Shown here one piece after another: positions 24,994 to 36,024 of a DNA stretch of 64,000 nucleotides. The DNA lies in NCBI GenBank assembly GCA_963734545.1, contig CAVTHO010000007.1:896001-960000 (forward strand), written 5' to 3'. The notes beneath the pieces were generated by a model. The model saw nothing but the letters and a program-made list of their open reading frames with translations, was not told where the DNA came from and did no database searches. Every line of letters starts with the position of its first letter. Position 1 is the stretch's first letter. This DNA comes from an uncultured Spirochaetota bacterium. GTDB taxonomy: Bacteria; Spirochaetota; Spirochaetia; SZUA-6; Fen-1364. The position numbers were made by a program, and so were the translations under genes.

Positions 24994-26163
24994 TCAACCC
25001 GGGAGCGGAATGGCGATCCGAAACCTCGTTCCCTGGTCTTTCAGGCTCGAAAAAGTGAGGGACCCTTCATGGGCTTCCACGATGCTCTTGACGATGGACA
25101 TTCCCAGCCCTGTTCCTCCCTCCCGGGAAGAAGAATAGAATGGCTCGAAGATCCGGTTCTGGACTTCCTCGTCCATCCCCTCCCCCGTGTCGGAGACCTC
25201 GAACACGAGACTTGCGTCCTCGCGCTTGACCGAAAGCGTGAATGAGCCTCCGCGGGGCATCGCCTTTCTCGAATTGTCCGTGAGGTTGAGCAGCGCCCGG
25301 AGCATGCGGTCGAAATCGAGGATCACGGGCCCGCGGAACGCGATGTCGACCTTTGTCTCTATCTTCCGCGAGGCGAACCGCTCGGCTTCGATCTCCATCA
25401 CACGGCCCACGAGATCTCCGAGGTCCACGATGGACATGTTCAGGCTGATCTCGCCGCGGGAGAAATCCAGCAGCTCGCCGCTGATCCTGTTGAGTCTGTC
25501 CGCCTCGGCGAGGATCCGCCGCACATTGCGCGTCACCACCTCCGCGTCACCTGCGTGCTGGAGGATCATTTCCGCAAACCCCCGCAGGATCGAGATGGGA
25601 TTGCGGATGTCATGGAGGATCAGCGTGGAGAACCTGCCGAGGACGGACAGCCGCTCCGCGCGAAGCAGGCGGCTCTGCGTGTTCTTCAATTGCCGATTGG
25701 TCTTCACGAGCTCGCGGTTTCTCTTCCGGAGGCTCTCGACGAACTTGTCATTGGAGACGCGCACCATGGAGGAGACGGAGCGCATGACGGAGAGGGCCAC
25801 GGATGCGTTCTCCGTGATGATGCGGTGAAAATCCTGGCGGCCGATGGACAACACGCGCACGGCATTGCGCGCGATCACCGTCGCGCTGCGGGGCAGCTCG
25901 TCGATCAGCGCCATCTCCCCGAACAGGTGCCCCGGACCGTGCACCGCAAGGAGGTCCGCCTCCGGATCGCCCCAGTCTTTCCAGACCTCCACGGTGCCGT
26001 CGAGGATGATGAAGAAGCGATCCGCCGGCGAGCCCTCGCTGCAGATCATGTCCCGCGCGGAAAAGTGCTCCTCCCGGCAGACAGCGGCAACCTTCGCCAG
26101 CTCATCTTCCGAGAGACTGCGGAAAAAGTAGAGGTCGCGCAGCAGCCCGAGGGTGTCTTCCAT
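24994..26163 (-). CDS. Cyclic-nucleotide-binding-domain sensor histidine kinase
   Basis: FGEMALIDELPRSATV; H-box LHDIRNPI; N-box NLTDNS; DTGEGM; GGTGLGMSIV. Confidence 0.92.
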   Translation of the reverse strand: MEDTLGLLRDLYFFRSLSEDELAKVAAVCREEHFSARDMICSEGSPADRFFIILDGTVEVWKDWGDPEADLLAVHGPGHLFGEMALIDELPRSATVIARNAVRVLSIGRQDFHRIITENASVALSVMRSVSSMVRVSNDKFVESLRKRNRELVKTNRQLKNTQSRLLRAERLSVLGRFSTLILHDIRNPISILRGFAEMILQHAGDAEVVTRNVRRILAEADRLNRISGELLDFSRGEISLNMSIVDLGDLVGRVMEIEAERFASRKIETKVDIAFRGPVILDFDRMLRALLNLTDNSRKAMPRGGSFTLSVKREDASLVFEVSDTGEGMDEEVQNRIFEPFYSSSREGGTGLGMSIVKSIVEAHEGSLTFSSLKDQGTRFRIAIPLPG

Positions 26164-26166
26164 GCC

Positions 26167-26586
26167 CTATTTCCTGCCGTACAAGCCGTGGATGTATTCG
26201 GTGGTGTTGTCGAGCTGCACGTGGCTGATGGTGCAGCGTCCTTCGAGGATGACGCCGTCCTGGATGATCAGCTCGGGTGTCTTGATGTCACCGAGCACGC
26301 GTGCGGTGGAAAGCAGGAGGATGCGGCGGGACGCGGCTATGTTGCCGATGATGACGCCCTCCACCACCACGCTGGTCGCGATGATATTCGTCTTCACCCG
26401 TCCCTTGGGCCCGATCTGGAGCTGGTCCACGAGGAGGGACTGGCCCTCGAATCTGCCGTCGATGCGCAGGCTCCCGCGGATGGCGAACTTTCCCTCGAAG
26501 AAGGATTCTTCGCCTATGGAGGAGTTGGCTTCAATGTCGATCTGCACTCTCGTTCTCCTGGCGCGGACCCGGGGCCGGTTATCCAT
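26167..26586 (-). CDS. Bactofilin (polymer-forming cytoskeletal protein)
   Basis: Beta-helix pattern SIGEESFFEGKF..LRIDGRFEG..VVVEGVIIGNI..VLGDIKTPELIIQDGVILEGRC. Confidence 0.9.
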   Translation of the reverse strand: MDNRPRVRARRTRVQIDIEANSSIGEESFFEGKFAIRGSLRIDGRFEGQSLLVDQLQIGPKGRVKTNIIATSVVVEGVIIGNIAASRRILLLSTARVLGDIKTPELIIQDGVILEGRCTISHVQLDNTTEYIHGLYGRK

Positions 26587-27376
26587 CGATCTCTGGGATG
26601 TTGAGATAGCCTACCGCCTCGGCGGCGACATCCTTCAGCTGGGCAAGTGCGTCGATGACCTTCCTCCCCTGCAGCATCCTGCTTCCCTCTATCCTGTCAA
26701 AAGAGACCTCTCCGTCGCTGTTGCGGCACTTCACGCCGCCGGCGCGGGCATCCTCCACCAGCTCGCCGCAGAAGCGCTCGACCGCGCGGAAGAACTTCGC
26801 GGCCTCCACCTCGACGAGTCGGGTAAGCTTGAGCGCACGCTTGCGCACCTCGATTTCCAGCTCCCGGCTGACGATTCCTTCCGTGATGCTCTGGTGCGCC
26901 TCACGATATTCGGCGATCTTCCGCTGCAGGGACTCGAAGCCGTTGTAGAAGGCGTCCCTGTCCATGGAGAACTTCAGGTCCAGCTTCAGCTGCTTTTCCG
27001 TGAGGAAGGGCAGGAATTCCCGCTCGAAATATGCCGTGTACAACGTGAGATGGAACATCTCGCTCTGCAGGGAGGTCGGCGCAGTGTCCTTTGCCGCGAA
27101 TGACGCGATCCGCTTGCCGGGAGACAGGCCCGAGTTCTCCTTCACGAGGACGGCAAGAACAGGGTACAGATCCAGGGGTTCCTCTTCCGCGGGGCTCTCC
27201 TCCAGGTGTCGCTCGTCAATGACGTTCACCGCGAGGATCTTTTCACGAAAGCCCTGGAATTCCTTGAGCTGGCGCTGCACCCTCTCGCGCTGGTCCGCGT
27301 CATGAGCCGTGCGGTATACCGCCTCGTATTGACGGATGAGCTTGTTGAGACGCTTCAGCTCCTCCTCGGGAGTCAT
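26579..27376 (-). CDS. Hypothetical helical protein
   Basis: Intact ORF MTPEEELKRL..., overlapping the bactofilin start; no recognised motif. Confidence 0.6.
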   Translation of the reverse strand: MTPEEELKRLNKLIRQYEAVYRTAHDADQRERVQRQLKEFQGFREKILAVNVIDERHLEESPAEEEPLDLYPVLAVLVKENSGLSPGKRIASFAAKDTAPTSLQSEMFHLTLYTAYFEREFLPFLTEKQLKLDLKFSMDRDAFYNGFESLQRKIAEYREAHQSITEGIVSRELEIEVRKRALKLTRLVEVEAAKFFRAVERFCGELVEDARAGGVKCRNSDGEVSFDRIEGSRMLQGRKVIDALAQLKDVAAEAVGYLNIPEIDG

Positions 27377-27495
27377 GAAAAAGAGTTTAGCATTCCGACT
27401 GCCGAAAGAAAAGCCCATGCGGATCGCCGGAGGCGCGCCGCATGGGCTGATTGCGCAGCAAAAGAGATCACGATGCTCCGTGACCGCGATAAATC

Positions 27496-28213
27496 CTACC
27501 AGCCGTCGGACATGTCGTCCACATCTCTCCGGGACTCGCCGAAGAGGTCAGTGACTGCCCTCAGGTCGTCCAGGTACAGGTAGTACACTCCGTAGGAATC
27601 CAGCGGGTCCGTGTCCACCTCGAAGCCCGTAATCCGAATTCCACTCTTGTAGCCGTAGTGATATTCTGATTGCAGGATGCTCGGGGGGATGGCCACCGTC
27701 AGCTTCTTCCACCCGACGAAATTGAGGGTGCCGATCGTGAGCTGTTTGGTCTGCCCGGCGTAGTCCTCGAAAATGACCTTCAGCGTGTGATTGAAATTCC
27801 TTCCCACCACCCACACGGAAATCGTCTTCACGATGCCTTCGACGGCGAGGGGCGTTTGCCGGATGGATGGCGAAGAAGGAATCACCCCTGTGGAAGAAGC
27901 TCACCTTCACGCCCAGGACGTACTTGTCCTCCTCCTTGATTCCCAAGGAGGTTTCCTCCGGGATCGGCTGCTTCCCTGCGGGTGACCCGTCGAGTCTCTT
28001 GCCCACTACCACACCCATGTCGAGCGGCATTGCCGTTTGCCAGAATGCGGCGTCCTCGAACTTGGCGATGGAGACTTCCTTCAAAAGCTGCTGGGCCTGG
28101 TCCTTGCCGATTTCTGCCGGATTCGGAGCGCCTGCCACGACGTTCTGGGCAAACGCGGGGCCGCTCAGCAGGGCGGCAAAAGCGAGCAGGGCGATGGTCA
28201 GTCGTGACTTCAT
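27496..28213 (-). CDS. flaA: Flagellar filament outer-layer (sheath) protein FlaA paralog; frameshift near 27860
   Basis: Signal peptide; YVLGVKVSF, KTISVWVVGRNFNH, LNFVGWKKL, YYLYLDDLRAVTDLF. Confidence 0.85.
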
Positions 28214-28224
28214 CTTGGCGTCTC

Positions 28225-28965
28225 CTATTTGGTTCCCTGCTGCCAGAGAGTATTGAGTGTATCCGCGTCCGCCAGGTCCTCGCCGTCGAACCGCTGCACG
28301 GAGAGGTCGGTCAGGACGTTCAGCTCGTCGATGAAGAAGAAGAAATCGTCCACCTTCTCATCCGGCGCGGTCGTGATCACCAGCTTCGTCAGCTCGAGAC
28401 CGGCGAAGCGGGGGATGTAGATGCGCGATTGGGGGATGGCGCCGGAGATCGGGGCGTTGAGATGCTTCCAGCCGGCAAACAGCAGCGAGCCCATATGCAG
28501 CACATGATCGATGCCCTGGTAGTCCCGGATGTAGACATCGAGCGTGTAGTTATAGTTCGAGCCCCACACCCAGCAGTCAATGCTCTGCGCGTGCCCGGGA
28601 AGCGGGAGCGCTGCTGGCTGGAACTTGCCGGAGCTGTCCTTCATGGCGGGAATAATCTCGATGGTGTTGTACGACTTCCTGTCGAATTTGCCGTGGATGC
28701 CGAGAGAGGCGAGGCTCTTCCCTTCCGTCTTTCTGCCGTACAAGGCCTCGGGCCACGCTTTCACTATCTGCATCTGCGGGAAGCCCTGCGTGGCGTACCT
28801 GCTTCCCTGCACGATCCAGTTCCCGGCGGTTGCCGGATCATCCCACGTGGCGATATTCTTCGAGGTTATCGTTTGAGTGATTTCTTCGCCCATGACAACT
28901 GCGGCGGCTAAAAATAACGCTAATGCAAGCACCGTGCCGAGGAACGCTCTCAATCCTGGCCTCAT
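28225..28965 (-). CDS. flaA: Flagellar filament outer-layer (sheath) protein FlaA paralog
   Basis: Signal peptide; LGIHGKFDRKSYN, DCWVWGSNYNYTL, GSLLFAGWKHL, DDFFFFIDEL. Confidence 0.85.
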   Translation of the reverse strand: MRPGLRAFLGTVLALALFLAAAVVMGEEITQTITSKNIATWDDPATAGNWIVQGSRYATQGFPQMQIVKAWPEALYGRKTEGKSLASLGIHGKFDRKSYNTIEIIPAMKDSSGKFQPAALPLPGHAQSIDCWVWGSNYNYTLDVYIRDYQGIDHVLHMGSLLFAGWKHLNAPISGAIPQSRIYIPRFAGLELTKLVITTAPDEKVDDFFFFIDELNVLTDLSVQRFDGEDLADADTLNTLWQQGTK

Positions 28966-29015
28966 GCGCGTCTCCTTCTGCTCAATCCATTCACTAGGTA
29001 TCCGTCTCATCAGAA

Positions 29016-29044
29016 ATTATATTTCCCGTGGTATCCCTTGTCAA
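29016..29044 (-). promoter_or_regulatory. Consensus sigma70 promoter for the flaA pair
   Basis: Minus strand TTGACA-N17-TATAAT. Confidence 0.8.
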
Positions 29045-29070
29045 ATCTTTTTCCCGTCATCTGCCCTGCC

Positions 29071-29970
29071 TCACCGCTCGCGTCGGGGTTCACGCGCGGC
29101 GCGACATGACCCCGCGCCGGGCCGATACAGCTCCTCCGCGAGATAGGAGCTGCGCACGTAGGGTCCCGCATGGACTACGGGAATGCCCCGGTCCCGCGCC
29201 GCCTGTTCAAGTGCCTCAAACTCTTCCGGGCGAAGGTATCTGACCACGGGGACATTTTCCCGCGTCGGCTGCAGGTACTGTCCGATCGTGAGAATGTCCA
29301 CCCCGGCGGCTGCAAGATCGTCGAAAAGACGGGCCAATTCGTCGTAAGTCTCGCCAAGACCCGCCATTATGCCGCTCTTGATCATGACGTGATCTGTCGC
29401 GTGAGCCCGGCGCAGAACCTCGAGGGACCGGTGGTAGTCCCCTCCACGACGAACGAGAGGGTAAAGGGATTGCACGGTTTCGAGATTGTGCCCGAAAACT
29501 TGAATCGGGAGCCCTGCGACAGATTCAACTGCCTCCTGCCTCCCCCCGAAATCAGGCACGAGCAGCTCGATGCCCATGCCGGGCAGGACCGCGCGGATTT
29601 CCCGCACAACACCGGCAAAGTGGGAAGCGCCTCCATCGGGAAGGTCGTCTCGGGTCACCGAAGTGATCACGGCGTAGCGTATCGACATTTCAGCCAGGGT
29701 GCGCGCGATTGCCCTGCCCTCTCCTGGATCGAGCGCGGCGCCCTTCCCGTGCTGAACCGCGCAGAATCCGCAGTGGCGCGTGCAGATTGCCCCCATGATG
29801 AGGAATGTCGCATTCCCCGCGCGGAAACACTCGGACAGGTTGGGGCAGCGGCCTGATTCGCAGATCGTGTGCAGGCCCTGCCCCGCGATCCTCGCCTTTC
29901 TTGCTGCGGTCTCGCCCGTCAGCGACGTCTTTTTTCGAAGCCACGCGGGCCTTCTCTGCTGCTCCGTCAT
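29071..29970 (-). CDS. lipA: Lipoyl synthase
   Basis: CESGRCPNLSEC, CTRHCGFC radical-SAM motif, ITSVTRDDL, VRSSY. Confidence 0.95.
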   Translation of the reverse strand: MTEQQRRPAWLRKKTSLTGETAARKARIAGQGLHTICESGRCPNLSECFRAGNATFLIMGAICTRHCGFCAVQHGKGAALDPGEGRAIARTLAEMSIRYAVITSVTRDDLPDGGASHFAGVVREIRAVLPGMGIELLVPDFGGRQEAVESVAGLPIQVFGHNLETVQSLYPLVRRGGDYHRSLEVLRRAHATDHVMIKSGIMAGLGETYDELARLFDDLAAAGVDILTIGQYLQPTRENVPVVRYLRPEEFEALEQAARDRGIPVVHAGPYVRSSYLAEELYRPGAGSCRAAREPRRER

Positions 29971-30894
29971 CAGCCCCCCAGGCGCGATCTGGCAGCGGCC
30001 GGCACCGGCCGCGCTTTTCCCGGCACGACGCGCACGGGGCCGTCCACCGCGCGAATGCCCGGCGCCGTGCGCCCGAGCGCGCGTGCGATGCCTGCGGGAA
30101 TATCCTCTTCAACGGATACGAACACCTGGGCGGGAAAAGCGCCCGAAAAGGCCCAGTCCGCAACGACGGCGCAGCCGCCCGCATCTCTCATCACTTCCAG
30201 GCACCACGGGTCGAGGCTCCCCATTCCCAGGAGGAATATCTCCACGCCTTGCCCGCGCATCTGCTCGATCGCGGTCTTGACGCCGGACCGGTCAGTACCG
30301 TCCGCGAGCACCCTGACCGTCGGTCGCGCTCCCTGCAGAGCCTCCGCCACACCCGCGACGAATCCCTCCGTCTCGGCCGCCGTGAGCGGCGAGGTCGAGT
30401 TGAGCAGGATTCCGACGCGCGAGCCCAGCGCGAGCGACACTTCACCCCGGGCACGTTCGCGCACGGACTCTCCCGCTGCGAAAGCCGGCCGCGGTGAACG
30501 CTCGTGTCCTGTCGAACACGAGCGCCACCGCGTTCTGCGGCAGATCATCCACGGCGCCGCCCTTGATAAGAATGAAACGTGTGCGGGGAGACTGCGGGAC
30601 ATATCCCTTCCATTCATAGGAGAGGAGCGGTCCCACGACGACCGTGCGGAACGGGCCGGCTGACACGTCCTGCGCCAGGCGCGCGGCGGGATTTTCCTGC
30701 GGGCCACGCACGAAGATGCGCGGCAGGTATCCGTTCTGGACCGCTGCCCGCGCAATGGAGAGACGCACCTGCGCGTCGTCGCCGAGGGACATCCAGAACG
30801 GCTGCTCGAATGAGAACATGACTGACCCGTTCCAGCATCCGGACGCGAAGAGCAGGCACAGCGCGGGAATTGTCAGGGTAATGGCCTTCTTCAC
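29970..30894 (-). CDS. Hypothetical lipoprotein, periplasmic-binding/BMP-like fold suspected; frameshift near 30490
   Basis: Lipobox FASGC; alpha/beta pattern VVVGPLLS, VFDRTRAF, FVAGV. Confidence 0.5.
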
Positions 30895-30974
30895 GGGGGA
30901 TGGGCGACCTCGAGCCCTTGACAGTCTATGCGCATCAAAGGATATTAGTCCATACCTTTTCCGGAGGAGAAAGA

Positions 30975-31949
30975 ATGGTCAGCTACAAACAGCTCGGCCT
31001 CGTGAACACGCGTGAGATGTTCCGCAAGGCCATGGCGGGCAAGTACGCCATCCCGGCCTACAACTTCAACAACATGGAGCAGCTCCAGGCCATCATCCAG
31101 GGCTGCATCAACAGCAGGTCCCCGGTCATCCTGCAGGTGTCCAAGGGAGCGCGCAAGTACGCCAACCAGATCCTCCTCCAGTACATGGCGCAGGGCGCCA
31201 TGGAGATGATCAAGGCCTCCGGCGTGCCGGTTCCCGTCGCCCTCCACCTCGATCACGGCGACACCTACGAGCTGTGCGTGTCCTGCATCGAGAGCGGGTT
31301 CTCCTCCGTCATGATCGACGGCTCCGCGCACCCGTACGAGAAGAACGTGGAGCTCACGAAGAAGGTCGTGGATTTCGCCCACACGCACGACGTCACGGTG
31401 GAAGGCGAGCTGGGCGTGCTGGCGGGCATCGAGGACGAGGTGCACGCGGAAACCTCGCACTACACCGACCCGAACGACGTGGAGGACTTCGTGAAGAAGA
31501 CCGGCGTGGACAGCCTCGCCATCTCCATCGGCACATCCCACGGCGCGTTCAAGTTCAAGGTGAAGCCGGGCGAGCCCCTGCCCACCCTGCGGTTCGACAT
31601 CCTGGAGGAAGTGGAGCGACGGATCCCCGGATTCCCCATCGTCCTGCACGGCGCCTCCTCCGTGCTCAAGGAGTACGTGGACATGATCAACAGGTACGGC
31701 GGGAAAGATGGAAGGCGCGGTCGGGCATCCCGGAAGACCAGCTGCGCACGTGCCGCGTGCTCCAGCGTGTGCAAGATCAACATCGATTCGGACGGCAGGC
31801 TCGTCATCACCGCCATGATCCGCAAGGTATTCGCGGAGGACCCGAAGGGCTTCGATCCCCGCAACTACCTCGGTCCCGCGCGTGACGAGCTCACGAAGCT
31901 CATCGAAAGGAAGAACAAGGAAGTCCTCGGGAGCGCGGGCAGGGTGTAG
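30975..31949 (+). CDS. fba: Class II fructose-1,6-bisphosphate aldolase
   Basis: LHLDHG, SSVMIDGS, VEGELG, AISIGTSHG, VLHGASS, KINIDSD. Confidence 0.95.
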   Translation: MVSYKQLGLVNTREMFRKAMAGKYAIPAYNFNNMEQLQAIIQGCINSRSPVILQVSKGARKYANQILLQYMAQGAMEMIKASGVPVPVALHLDHGDTYELCVSCIESGFSSVMIDGSAHPYEKNVELTKKVVDFAHTHDVTVEGELGVLAGIEDEVHAETSHYTDPNDVEDFVKKTGVDSLAISIGTSHGAFKFKVKPGEPLPTLRFDILEEVERRIPGFPIVLHGASSVLKEYVDMINRYGGKDGRRGRASRKTSCARAACSSVCKINIDSDGRLVITAMIRKVFAEDPKGFDPRNYLGPARDELTKLIERKNKEVLGSAGRV

Positions 31950-31985
31950 CAGCCCACGGGCCGGCGGATATCGGCAGGGTTCAAA

Positions 31986-32583
31986 ATGGAAGAGAAAAAA
32001 GAAAAGACCGTCGAGAAAGCGCGGGAGTATTTTCACACCTACGGGTACCGCGGCGCCTCGCTCTCCGCTCTGATCGCCGAGATCGGGATCTCCAAGCCCA
32101 CCTTCTACAACTACTTCAAGAACAAGGAAGAGCTGTTCAACACGGTCATGCTGGAGACGTACAACGAGTTCCACTACCAGTACAACCAGCGCGCGAAGTC
32201 GGCGCCGAACGCCATGGAGAAGCTGGACATTTTCATCACGACTTTCGCGTGGTTCCTGGACTCATACCCCATTTTCCGGGACCTTTTCAAACCAGGGAAC
32301 GACCTGCTTGCCCGCTGGGCGGAATCGCGCTACTCGAAGGACTTTTTTGCCGAAGGAGTGGAGATGGTGCGCTCGATCCTCGCAGCAGGGCATCGAGCAG
32401 GGCATCTTCGGCGCAGAGATCGACGTGGACGAATGCGCGCTGCTTCTCTATTACCTCGTGCACTCCACCCTGTCGAATGACCCGAACCTTTTCCGCAGGC
32501 AGGGACAGGCGGAAGTCAGGATCGACGCGCGGACCCTCGTGAGGGTGCTCGGCCGGGGAATCCTCGCGCGCGACTCCCGCTGA
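31986..32583 (+). CDS. TetR/AcrR-family regulator; frameshift near 32383
   Basis: GYRGASLSALIAEIGISKPTFYNYFKNKEEL helix-turn-helix. Confidence 0.85.
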
Positions 32584-32596
32584 AGCTCTCTCCTTT

Positions 32597-33250
32597 TCAG
32601 TTCCTGAGGGCGCGTGGAAAACGCATTCCAAAAAAGGACAATGCCGTCAGCAGGGGAACGACCGCGAGCAGGATCGCCAATCCCGCCCGGTTGATGCGAG
32701 AGAAGAAGCTGGATAAACTGAGGAGAAGCGCGAGCCCCGCGGCCGCCCCGCAGAAGAGCGCCCCTTCGGTTCCTTCCCAGCGATAGTACCTCTGCGCAAG
32801 CAGGGACACGAGCAGAACAGCCGCCAGCCTGAGCGTAGGCAGGACAAAGAGCGCGTATGCGTCCCAACTGCCCGAGGCGGAGAAGGCATCCGTGAGACTC
32901 AGCATTCCGAAGAAACCGGACAGGTAGGCAAAGACCGTCAGGAAAATGGTCTCCTCATCCCGGGAGATGCTCAGCCGCTTCTGGAGAAGAAGAAACCCGC
33001 CCAGCGCCGCAAGCAACGGCACGAGGTGGTCATGCTGCAGCAGCGAAAGGTAGAGAAGGAGACCCTCGTAGGAGAAGCCGAATATGCCGCGCACGAGCAG
33101 GATCACGAGGTACGCCGGCAGGAAAACGAGCGCGCCCTTGAGAAGGGTCGCCATGAGTGCAAGCGTGCGCGGCGCCCGGGCCTGGTTCCACGGAAGGAAT
33201 GCCACGAGGGCAAAGAACAGGGGGAACGCGGCGATCAGGTAGAGGACCAT
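32597..33250 (-). CDS. Hypothetical polytopic membrane protein
   Basis: Intact ORF with about 6-7 hydrophobic segments. Confidence 0.6.
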   Translation of the reverse strand: MVLYLIAAFPLFFALVAFLPWNQARAPRTLALMATLLKGALVFLPAYLVILLVRGIFGFSYEGLLLYLSLLQHDHLVPLLAALGGFLLLQKRLSISRDEETIFLTVFAYLSGFFGMLSLTDAFSASGSWDAYALFVLPTLRLAAVLLVSLLAQRYYRWEGTEGALFCGAAAGLALLLSLSSFFSRINRAGLAILLAVVPLLTALSFFGMRFPRALRN

Positions 33251-33321
33251 GGTGGCGGCGATCTTAGCAGAGGGTATGCAGTGTGACAAGCCGGCGCCTC
33301 ATCATCCAATTCCCTTTCATT

Positions 33322-33339
33322 TCGTGCCTGTATTCACGA
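33322..33339. promoter_or_regulatory. Candidate Rex-type operator TCGTG-N8-CACGA next to the TTGACA (33344-33349) of the hydrogenase promoter
   Basis: TCGTGCCTGTATTCACGA matches 10 of 14 specified positions of TTGTGAAnnnnTTCACAA. Confidence 0.45.
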
Positions 33340-33435
33340 TTTCTTGACAAAATTGGTCTACAATGATTAGATAATGACCACACAGTTGCCGCGTTCATGT
33401 TGTTGCGACGTCCGACAAACGGAGGAAGCCCTGAT

Positions 33436-34426
33436 ATGCAGCAGGCCATCCCTGTAGAGAAGATCCCGGATGCTGTCTCGATCCTCGGCAAGAAACGCCG
33501 CGTCGTTGCCCCTGTGTCCAAGGGCAAGAGCTTCGTCTTCTCCGTGATCGACAACCCGGCGGCCGTCATCATCGACTATCCCACCACAATCCTTCCGCTG
33601 AAGAAGTTCTTCCTCCCTCCCACCGAGGTCCTTCTCCGCTACAATCGGAGCAGCCAGGCAGTCTCGGCGCCCGCGTTCGAAGCCGAGAGCACGGTCTACT
33701 TCGGCATCCACAACTACGAGCTGCAGGGTCTGCTGCGGCTCGACCACGCGTTTCGCACCGGGGTGCACGACGACACGTGGCAGGCCCGGCGGCAGGGTTC
33801 CCTTTTCGTCGGGGTCGAGTTATGTCCCCGACGAGCATCACTTCGCGGAGTCAGTCGGCATACCGACCACCTTGAAGGAAGGTTTCGACCTGTTCCTCAC
33901 GAGGTTCGACGCGCACTACAGGGTGGAATCCCTCACCGAGGAAGGCGCGGCCATGATGAAGGACCTGGCGCCCGTGCTCGTCCCCTGCGACTGCGCCGGG
34001 GATCCCGTCGTCCATTTCAAGAACAAGCTCAGGCAATCGGTGGCAGGCATCAGGGAGATTTTCCACGGGGCTTACAGTCACCCCGTGTGGAAGAAGACCG
34101 CGCGGGAGTGCCATTCGTGCGGGACGTGCAACATCTGCTGCCCCACCTGCTACTGCTTCGATGTCGATGACCAGACCACCCTGGGCACGGACGAGGGAGA
34201 ACGGCTGCGCAAGTGGGATTCGTGCCAGTTCCTCTCTTTCACCGCGGTTGCAGGAGGCGAAGCGTTTCGCGAGAAAAGGCACGACCGGGTGCGCCACCGC
34301 ATGTCGCGCAAGTTCGCCTACATCACCGATGAGAAAGGTCAGCCCTTCTGCGTGGGGTGCGGCAGATGCGTGCGGCAATGCACCGCATCGATCAACATCG
34401 TCGACGTGATGAACGCCCTTCTGTAG
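33436..34426 (+). CDS. Group 3b-type hydrogenase Fe-S (beta) subunit, HydB/AsrA-like; frameshifted near 33820-33870
   Basis: CHSCGTCNICCPTCYCF, WDSC, CVGCGRCVRQC. Confidence 0.85.
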
Positions 34427-34437
34427 GAGGGAACGAA

Positions 34438-35272
34438 GTGGAAACAAAGAACATTTACGTTCCGGAAATCGCCGAAATCGTCCGCGTGGAGAAGATGACG
34501 GCCATCGAGACTTTCTACGAGGTGAGACTCCCGGGAGGAAGAGACCTCGGGCACCAGCCGGGACAGTTCGTCCAGGTCTCTCTCTTCGGCATCGGCGAGG
34601 CGCCCATCTCGATCTGCTCCTCTCCGCTCAAGAAGGGCTCCTTCGAGATGGTGGTGCGCAGGGTGGGAAACGTGACCGAAGCCATCCACAAGCTCTCCGC
34701 CGGCGACAAGGTGGGCATCCGCGGGCCGTTCGGAAAGGGATTCTGCACGGAAGAGCTGCAGGGGAAGGACGTGTTGTTCGTCTGCGCGCGGGCTCGGGCT
34801 TCCGCCGCTCAAGTCCCTGATCGATACGCTCATGCACGAAAAAGAGAGAAAGAAGTTTGGACGGGTCATCATCCTGTACGGGGCGAAGTCTCCGGCAGAA
34901 TTCCTCTTCAATGCGGAACGCGCGTCCTGGGAGAAACGGAAAGATATCGATTACCGGGTCACGGTGGATCGGGCCCTGGAGGGCTGGAAGGGGCATGTCG
35001 GGGTCATCACCACGCTCATCCCCGACCTCACTCTCGACCTGGGAAAGACGGTGGCGGCCATCTGCGGCCCTCCGGTGGTGTACAAGTACGCCATTCTCGC
35101 CCTGCGCTCGAAAGGGCTGCGTGACGAGCAGATCTACGTTTCCCTGGAAAGACGGATGAAATGCGGCGTCGGCAAATGCGGCCACTGCCAGATCAACAGC
35201 ATCTATGTATGCCAGGAGGGCCCCGTGTTCAATTATGGAAAAATCCGGGACCTGAAGGAGGCCATCCGATGA
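34438..35272 (+). CDS. Group 3b-type hydrogenase FAD/NAD(P)-binding (gamma) subunit; frameshift near 34790
   Basis: PGQFVQVSLFGIGEAPISI, IRGPFGKG, ICGPPV, SLERRMKCGVGKCGHC, VCQEGPVF. Confidence 0.87.
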
Positions 35273-36024
35273 GCAGGCCGAAGGTCGCGTTCTTCGATTT
35301 CACCTCCTGCGAGGGCTGCCAGCTTTCCAAGCTCAACCTCGAAGACGACCTGCTCGGCATCCTCGAGCTCGTGGAGATCGTCAACTTCCGGGAGGCAATC
35401 TCGGACCGACGGGAAGACTACGAGATCGCGTTCGTCGAGGGCTCAATCAGCACCCCCCACTGCGTGGAGCGCATCCACAAGATCAGGCGCCAGGCAAAGA
35501 TCCTCGTGGCGCTGGGCGCGTGCGCGCACATCGCGGGGGTGAACGCCATACGGAACCGGATGAACATCGACCAGGTCAAGGAAGAGGTGTACGGCAAAGA
35601 CAAGTACCTCTTCCCGTCCATCAAGGCCCAGGCCATAGCGGACGTGGTCAAGGTGGACTACTTCGTGCCGGGCTGCCCGATGGACAACCAGGAGCTCAAG
35701 AGGGTCCTTTCCGCCATCCTCACCGGCAAGCAGCCGTTCATCCCCGACTACGCGGTGTGCGTGGAGTGCAAGGCGCGGGAGAACGAGTGCCTGTACGATT
35801 ACGGAACCGTCTGCATGGGGCCCGTCACCCGGGCCGGATGCGGCGCTGCCTGCCCGTCCAACGGGCACTACTGCTTCGGGTGCAGGGGCGTGGTCCCTGA
35901 CCTGAACAAGAACGCTGCCCGGGACGTGATGGAGAAGTACAAGCTCTCCATGCACCAGATCAGAAACCGATTCGCAATGTTCAACTCCAACTACGTGGAG
36001 CTGGAGGAGAAGCGGGATGAGTAA
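35269..36024 (+). CDS. [NiFe] hydrogenase small (delta) subunit
   Basis: FTSCEGC, FVEGS, LGACA, PGCP, CVECK, CMGPVTRAGCGAACP, CFGCRG. Confidence 0.9.
   Translation: MSRPKVAFFDFTSCEGCQLSKLNLEDDLLGILELVEIVNFREAISDRREDYEIAFVEGSISTPHCVERIHKIRRQAKILVALGACAHIAGVNAIRNRMNIDQVKEEVYGKDKYLFPSIKAQAIADVVKVDYFVPGCPMDNQELKRVLSAILTGKQPFIPDYAVCVECKARENECLYDYGTVCMGPVTRAGCGAACPSNGHYCFGCRGVVPDLNKNAARDVMEKYKLSMHQIRNRFAMFNSNYVELEEKRDE

Noticed and set aside
33436-35272. Anaerobic sulfite reductase asrAB
   Set aside because: Followed by NiFe small and large subunits and a maturation protease, with no siroheme AsrC.
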